From contig VGKP01000001.1 in NCBI GenBank assembly GCA_016866975.1, forward strand, positions 1 to 64,000: 64,000 nt of DNA, in the 5' to 3' direction. Positions 56,864-64,000 of the stretch are shown one piece after another. This DNA comes from Candidatus Pacearchaeota archaeon. Its GTDB lineage: Archaea > Nanobdellota > Nanobdellia > Pacearchaeales > GW2011-AR1. Each line of letters begins with the position of its first letter. Position 1 is the stretch's first letter. Position numbers and translations under genes: made by a program. The notes below the pieces were generated by a model, which searched no databases, was not told the origin of the DNA, and saw nothing but the letters and a program-made list of their open reading frames with translations.

Positions 56864-57415
56864 ATGAAGAGTGTTGATTTCTTTATGCAATTCATAAAAA
56901 ACAAGAGAGAGATAGGTGCTATTGCACCTAGCTCAAATTTTCTTGCAAGAAAGATTACTGGATGCGTTGATTTTGATCGCGCCAAGCTCATAGTCGAACT
57001 GGGAGCAGGCACTGGAATCATAACAAGGCACTTGGCAGAAAGCCTTAGGCCTGAATCTAATCTCATCGTAGTTGAGCCAAATGATGAATTCCATAGGGAT
57101 CTTATAAAACTTAAAAGAAGGAATATAAAAATAATAAAAGGATATGCCGAAGACCTTTCTAAACATATTGAGGATAAAGGTTTCTGCAAAGCAGACTATA
57201 TAGTATCAGGGCTTCCTTTGGCTGCTTGGAGTGAGGTGCAAAGGAAAGATGTCATGGAATCAATAATGAGAGGGTTATCAGATAAGGGAGGATTTGTACA
57301 ATTCCAGTATTCACTGCAATCCTATAGAAAATTCAAAGAATTATTCTCAGATGTACAGATAAAATTCACCTTAATGAACCTGCCTCCTGCCTTTGTCTAT
57401 TCGTGTTCTATCTGA
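56864..57415 (+). CDS. SAM-dependent methyltransferase (PmtA phospholipid N-methyltransferase-like)
   Basis: IGAIAPSS.FLA, IVELGAGTG, IVSGLP, FVQFQYS and NLPPAFVY motifs. Confidence 0.85.
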   Translation: MKSVDFFMQFIKNKREIGAIAPSSNFLARKITGCVDFDRAKLIVELGAGTGIITRHLAESLRPESNLIVVEPNDEFHRDLIKLKRRNIKIIKGYAEDLSKHIEDKGFCKADYIVSGLPLAAWSEVQRKDVMESIMRGLSDKGGFVQFQYSLQSYRKFKELFSDVQIKFTLMNLPPAFVYSCSI

Positions 57416-57417
57416 GA

Positions 57418-59426
<2,009 letters not shown>

Positions 59427-59430
59427 GTTC

Positions 59431-59865
59431 CTACAGCTCAGTCAGGGTTTTTAAAGATTTCTTTAGTAAAAAATACTTTTCCCCCTCACTACTTGATAAA
59501 TCATTTACAGGCACTTTTAAGATATTTCCAAGAGTTCTGACCTCTGGTGTAGCGCAGGCCCTGTCAACTGTAGAACCTTGGATGGCTATCACATGAGGAC
59601 CATTTATAGGTACTGCTATGTAAACGAGGCCCCGATTATCATGACGGAATGCGGCTGTTCTTTTTGAGTCTACCAATGGAGAAAAAGCATTTGGTTCAAC
59701 CTCAATACGAGTCAGTAAAGGGGTAAATAAATTCGTATCAAGATTCTGGATGTATATTAGAAAGGCATCAAGGACATTACCTCCTGAACTACAGAGATAG
59801 TTTATATCTATGCTTGCAGTTTTTTGGTCAATCCGAGCAGGAGATTCGTATTGGCCTGTTATCAT
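59431..59865 (-). CDS. hypothetical protein
   Basis: 144-aa ORF starting 1 nt after the groES stop. Confidence 0.6.
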   Translation of the reverse strand: MITGQYESPARIDQKTASIDINYLCSSGGNVLDAFLIYIQNLDTNLFTPLLTRIEVEPNAFSPLVDSKRTAAFRHDNRGLVYIAVPINGPHVIAIQGSTVDRACATPEVRTLGNILKVPVNDLSSSEGEKYFLLKKSLKTLTEL

Positions 59866-59866
59866 C

Positions 59867-60139
59867 TTACTCTATTTTGGCCGCGATATCCTTTAATTCG
59901 ATTATGAGATGTTTCTCGCTATTAATTTCAATTTCCTCAGAACTATATCCGCCATATATTACTCTATCGCCTTCTTTTACAGGAAATGTTGAACCATTAT
60001 TCATTGTACCTACTGCAACTACTATTCCTTCTTTTTTCTCATCCTTTGATTTGGGGAGAATAAGGCCAGACTTAGTCCTTTCTTCCGTTTGTTTAATATG
60101 TCTTAAAAGGACTCTCTCTCCTAATGGCTTGATGTTCAT
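59867..60139 (-). CDS. groES: co-chaperonin GroES
   Basis: IKPLGERVL, TKSGLILP, VVAVG and VKEGDRV motifs. Confidence 0.97.
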   Translation of the reverse strand: MNIKPLGERVLLRHIKQTEERTKSGLILPKSKDEKKEGIVVAVGTMNNGSTFPVKEGDRVIYGGYSSEEIEINSEKHLIIELKDIAAKIE

Positions 60140-60242
60140 GGTTCTTACGATATTTTAGGGTTTTTAAGGTTTTTTGTGATTGACTGCCATCACTGTTATT
60201 GCACATGTGAAGGTTTATTAATGCCAATTTGTATTTTTTATT

Positions 60243-60455
60243 ATGGGAAAGGTTGACTCATGGGCAGTTGTTACGGGAGTAGTGTTTGTGGTAATTGGAG
60301 CGTTGCTCTTATTATTATCATTTCTTTTTATACCTGCCCTTATTTATGCAATAATTGCTCTGGCTATAGGAATAGCCATACTTGTGACGCTTAAAGAACA
60401 AGATGCGATTGAACCTATAAAAGAGAAAAGAATAAAAAGGAGAAATAACAGGTAG
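60243..60455 (+). CDS. small membrane protein
   Basis: Two hydrophobic helices. Confidence 0.65.
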   Translation: MGKVDSWAVVTGVVFVVIGALLLLLSFLFIPALIYAIIALAIGIAILVTLKEQDAIEPIKEKRIKRRNNR

Positions 60456-60459
60456 TAAC

Positions 60460-60780
60460 ATGAGCATTATAGTTTCTTCTACTTCTGAAGTGCCTGGGAA
60501 GAAAGTAAAGAAAATACTCGGAGTTGTCAAAGGGAATACTGTGCGCTCAAGGCATATCGGGAGAGATATCATGGCAGGATTCAAGAATATTGTCGGAGGA
60601 GAAATAAAGAGTTATACTGAACTGCTTACGCAGGCAAGAGAAGAGGCATATAACAGGATGGTAAACCAAGCAATAGATCTTGGAGCAGATGCTGTGCTCA
60701 ATGTAAGATTTACAACATCAAATGTTATGAATGCTGCCTCTGAAATACTTGCTTATGGCACTGCGGTGAAGTTGGATTAA
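60460..60780 (+). CDS. YbjQ/UPF0145 family protein
   Basis: GVVKGNTV, GFKNIVGGE, AREEA, GADAVLNVRF and AYGTAV motifs. Confidence 0.93.
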   Translation: MSIIVSSTSEVPGKKVKKILGVVKGNTVRSRHIGRDIMAGFKNIVGGEIKSYTELLTQAREEAYNRMVNQAIDLGADAVLNVRFTTSNVMNAASEILAYGTAVKLD

Positions 60781-60790
60781 TACTCCAGAA

Positions 60791-60876
60791 TCATACTATT
60801 TTTCTATGTCCAATCTTAAGGATGGTATTACTTGAGAAGCCTTGTCGATATCAATTATTATCCTATAATCTCCTCT
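60791..60876 (-). pseudogene. RelE-like toxin C-terminal remnant
   Basis: RGDYRIIIDIDK...; a shifted frame gives KIGHRKIV; lies directly after the antitoxin stop with no start or N-terminus. Confidence 0.55.
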
Positions 60877-60877
60877 T

Positions 60878-61114
60878 TTAAAAGCCAAGAATTTTCTTAG
60901 CTTCTTCTTCTGTATAGAATTCTCCTTTCTTAATTCTTTCCCTTGCCTCTTGAATTTCTATCATTACTTGCTTGCTTAATCTGGGATTTTTTTGAGCTGA
61001 TTTAGCAATGTAGATCAATTTTCTAATGAGTTCATCATAGCTCTCGCTTTTATATTGCTTAAACATATCGAGTTCTGTTTTTGTTTCTGCAGCTAGCCTA
61101 ATCGTAGTATCCAT
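60878..61114 (-). CDS. antitoxin-like DNA-binding protein
   Basis: MDTTIRL..ETK.EL...K...ESYDELIRKL pattern with a palindrome ATACATATGTAT at the start. Confidence 0.65.
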   Translation of the reverse strand: MDTTIRLAAETKTELDMFKQYKSESYDELIRKLIYIAKSAQKNPRLSKQVMIEIQEARERIKKGEFYTEEEAKKILGF

Positions 61115-61196
61115 ACATATGTATACATTTGTAGATTATATAAATGTTTGTATGCCTATTCAAAGTAATGAGGTACGAATCTGCTTGTATTGTTTG

Positions 61197-62384
61197 TTAT
61201 TTCTTCAGCACTTCAAGACCTGGAAGCCTGTCACCTGCAAGATAAGCCATTAAAGCCCCGCCTGAAAGACTTATTGAAGAGAACCTATTTGGGATATGAT
61301 ATGTTGTCAAAGTTGTCGTAAGATGACCTCCACCCAGAAGAGAGTGACATCTCTTCTTAATTGTCTGGGAGCTTATTTCTTTAAGTATATCAACGGTGCC
61401 ATAGCTAAACTTTGGATCCTCTGAATAACCTACTGGCCCTTTCATGAAAACTGCCTTTGCGTAAGAGATATGCTCCTTGAAGAGAGCAGAAGTCATATGG
61501 CCTATATCCCATATCTTTTCCTCTGATGGTGTATCTGATAAAAGAATTTCCTTTCTTTTCTTATTGCCTATCGCAAAATCTATTGGGAGTATAATCTGTC
61601 CAGGGTGCTTGCTGAACAAGTATCTCAGATTAGGATATAAAATATGAAAACCTTTCTTCTTCATCCATATATTTTCATATCCTAAATCTATGCCTTGTGC
61701 TGCTATAAATGCATTGCCTAAAACACCTGAAGTCAGAATTTTGTTATCCTTGTTTTTCAAGACTTTGAAGAATGATATATAGTCATCAAGCTTTGTACCT
61801 CCAAGGAGATATACTTTCTTCCCGCTCTTGTCCTTGACAAAATAATCAGCAGACTTCAGCTCATTCTCAAAACTCCTGCCTATTGCGCTTGGAAGATACA
61901 TTGGAGGGATGATTATGCTTCCTTGCTCCCTATGAGAGACTGAGAAAGCATCATTTATGAAAAAATCAAAAAGAGAACAAAATCCCTTGAACCTGTTTTT
62001 TTTCCCAAGGCTCGTCTCATCATCTTGAAATCTTGTATTCTCTAGAAGAAGGACTTCTCCAGGAGGCAAATGTGTTATATATTCGGATGCTCTCTCGCCA
62101 AACAAGTCATTGACAAAATGCACTTTTTTTCCAATATGTTTTGACAGAATTGATGAATGATGTTTCAAAGATATGCAATCAGCTTCGCCCTGCCTGCCTT
62201 GATGGGCAATTATCACAACTTTCGCTTTTTTATCACATAACTCTGTTATTGTCTTTGAGTGTTCTATAAAGCGGGGAGAATCTAGAGGCTTGCCATTCCT
62301 TAGGGCTGAATTTATATCTATCCTAAGAAGGACTCTTGCATTTGAGAGATGAAAAGAGTCTAATGTTTTTAAGGCCATAGTCAC
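61197..62384 (-). CDS. pgk: phosphoglycerate kinase
   Basis: VLLRIDINS, AHQGR, LLENTRF, NDAFSVSHR, LGGTK and GGGH motifs. Confidence 0.96.
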   Translation of the reverse strand: MTMALKTLDSFHLSNARVLLRIDINSALRNGKPLDSPRFIEHSKTITELCDKKAKVVIIAHQGRQGEADCISLKHHSSILSKHIGKKVHFVNDLFGERASEYITHLPPGEVLLLENTRFQDDETSLGKKNRFKGFCSLFDFFINDAFSVSHREQGSIIIPPMYLPSAIGRSFENELKSADYFVKDKSGKKVYLLGGTKLDDYISFFKVLKNKDNKILTSGVLGNAFIAAQGIDLGYENIWMKKKGFHILYPNLRYLFSKHPGQIILPIDFAIGNKKRKEILLSDTPSEEKIWDIGHMTSALFKEHISYAKAVFMKGPVGYSEDPKFSYGTVDILKEISSQTIKKRCHSLLGGGHLTTTLTTYHIPNRFSSISLSGGALMAYLAGDRLPGLEVLKK

Positions 62385-63400
62385 TTCCTTGACTTTTTAG
62401 GGACCTTCTCGCTTTCCAAGATCATCTGGGCTACATCAATAAGACGATTGGAATATCCCCATTCATTGTCGTACCAACCAGCTATGCTTATAGTATCGTC
62501 TATCACTTGAGTGAAATGTGAGTTGAAGATACATGAGTGAGGATTGCCTATGATATCTGAAGATACAAGGAAATCATCTGAGTACTCAACAATGCCTTTG
62601 TAGTCTGTAGATGTCTTCCTCTTGAAAACGGCGTTGACATCCTTCGCAGAGACTTTCTTCTCGACTTTTGCAACAATACTTGTGATCGAGCCGTCTATGA
62701 CTGGCACCCTAAGTGCGTAGCCTTCTATCTTACCTTTCAATTGAGGCAGGCTCTCAACCACAGATATTGCTGCCCCGGATGTAGTGGGAACAATATTATA
62801 CGCTGCCGCCCTGCCTCTTGCAAGGTCGCGCTTGTCATGCCCGTCAACTAGGCGTTGAGTCGAAGTATAAGCGTGGGTTGTGACAAAGAATGCGCTCTTC
62901 AGATTGTATGCCTCGTGGAGTATCTTTATCATTGGAGCAGTACAATTTGTAGTGCAGCTTCCCGCAGATATTATTTTATGCTCTTTCCTGAAATCAGAAT
63001 TATTGACGCCAGGTATAAGTGTGAGGTCATGGCCCTTTGCTGGGGCGGAAATAAGGACCTTCCTAGCGCCCGCCTTGAGATGTTTCTCTGCTCCTTCCTT
63101 TTCAGTAAAGAAACCTGTGCATTCAACCACGAGATCTATGTTCTCTTTCTTCCAAGGCAATTTAAGGGGATCTGTCTCATGGACTGTGAGGAATTTTCTT
63201 TTTCCTATGAAAAGATGTTTTCCATCATGATGAATAGGTTCCTGGATTCCATGATGCACTGAATCATGTTTTAGTGTGTATACCACATAATCTGGGTCAC
63301 CCATCTCATTTATGACAATATTCCAAGGCACATTCTTCTGTACGCAGGTCTGAAGAAAAAGCTTGCCTATTCTTCCTAAGCCGTTAATGGCAACATTCAT
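62381..63400 (-). CDS. gap: glyceraldehyde-3-phosphate dehydrogenase, type I (bacterial-like)
   Basis: AINGLGRIG, ECTGFF, SAGSCTTNC and WYDNEWGYS motifs. Confidence 0.96.
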   Translation of the reverse strand: MNVAINGLGRIGKLFLQTCVQKNVPWNIVINEMGDPDYVVYTLKHDSVHHGIQEPIHHDGKHLFIGKRKFLTVHETDPLKLPWKKENIDLVVECTGFFTEKEGAEKHLKAGARKVLISAPAKGHDLTLIPGVNNSDFRKEHKIISAGSCTTNCTAPMIKILHEAYNLKSAFFVTTHAYTSTQRLVDGHDKRDLARGRAAAYNIVPTTSGAAISVVESLPQLKGKIEGYALRVPVIDGSITSIVAKVEKKVSAKDVNAVFKRKTSTDYKGIVEYSDDFLVSSDIIGNPHSCIFNSHFTQVIDDTISIAGWYDNEWGYSNRLIDVAQMILESEKVPKKSRK

Positions 63401-63579
63401 GCTCCACCCACTCTTTCATAGACTCTTGAGGAGAAAGGCATATTTAAAAGTTGGGTTTTTAGGAGCAAAAGTAGTGTCACTTAAGAGGATTAACTTTTTG
63501 GAAAATTAATAACGATAATACCTCCTCTTAGAGGTCTTTTCTCAAGGATTTTTTATTAGCTTCAGGAGCTTCTTGATGA

Positions 63580-63999
63580 TCATTCTCTCTCGTTTGAGGC
63601 TAGGATATAAGAAGCTACACAACCTTTTCCTTTTTTATCACCTGCGTACACTCTGAGGTCAGATGTAACGTTTGGATCATCTGAATCCCTCATCATGACT
63701 TTTAGGGGAGACCTGATTGCTATTATGCTCCTTCCATCGAATCCTTCAGGGGAAAACTTTTCTGTAAATTCTCCCATGCCCAAGGCTTTTTCACTGTTTG
63801 TCGCTCCCCAGATGGCGACATATCCTTTTTCTCCTGGAAGATGAGCAGATATACATGAAACGCCATATCCTCCTCTCTGGGAGCTTCTCCAAACCCCCCA
63901 AGTGCCAGCTTCTTTCTGTTCGAGAGAAAAGCCATCGCCTTGATAGCCTGCTGCTGAAGTGATTAGTGCAGCCTCTACATTCCCAGGTGAAGATATGCG
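63580..63999 (-). CDS. hypothetical protein, 5'-truncated by the window end
   Basis: Open frame from the window edge (RISSPGNVEAALITS...) to the stop at 63580. Confidence 0.6.
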   Translation of the reverse strand, partial: RISSPGNVEAALITSAAGYQGDGFSLEQKEAGTWGVWRSSQRGGYGVSCISAHLPGEKGYVAIWGATNSEKALGMGEFTEKFSPEGFDGRSIIAIRSPLKVMMRDSDDPNVTSDLRVYAGDKKGKGCVASYILASNERE

Positions 64000-64000
64000 G

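Overview
64-kb fragment of a DPANN archaeon, most likely Pacearchaeota/Woesearchaeota-like. Evidence for this: archaeal EF-2, TpiA and TrpRS, RtcB plus archease, BHB-intron tRNAs, and a tRNA-Tyr with C1-G72, together with many bacterial-type genes (groEL/groES, zwf, type I gap, nrdR, RRM protein). Housekeeping content covers pentose-phosphate/glycolytic enzymes, class II RNR with a LAGLIDADG intein, a UvrD-nuclease fusion, and three tRNAs (Tyr and Lys with introns, His). The mobilome comprises the 3' end of an IS200 tnpA at the window edge, an intact IS5-family element (15-bp TIR, 9-bp TSD) and a family of about 120-bp two-armed palindromic elements. Their stems show compensatory covariation, and two copies interrupt genes precisely. 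The most notable observations are: (1) an upp-ndk-[CLec/FGE-like + DHH pyrophosphatase + CLec/FGE-like]-ndk-radical SAM operon; (2) a 243-bp duplication of the rtcB 3' end, differing only at silent sites, that brackets a serpin-carrying island with no integrase; (3) a secreted T4-like lysozyme in an archaeon; (4) a TyrA resembling fungal Tyr1; (5) a degenerate nucleotide-cyclase membrane protein; (6) tandem NrdR boxes. Several genes are eroded by internal deletions. No CRISPR array, rRNA or DGR reverse transcriptase is seen. Family assignments come from motif recognition and recall, not database searches.
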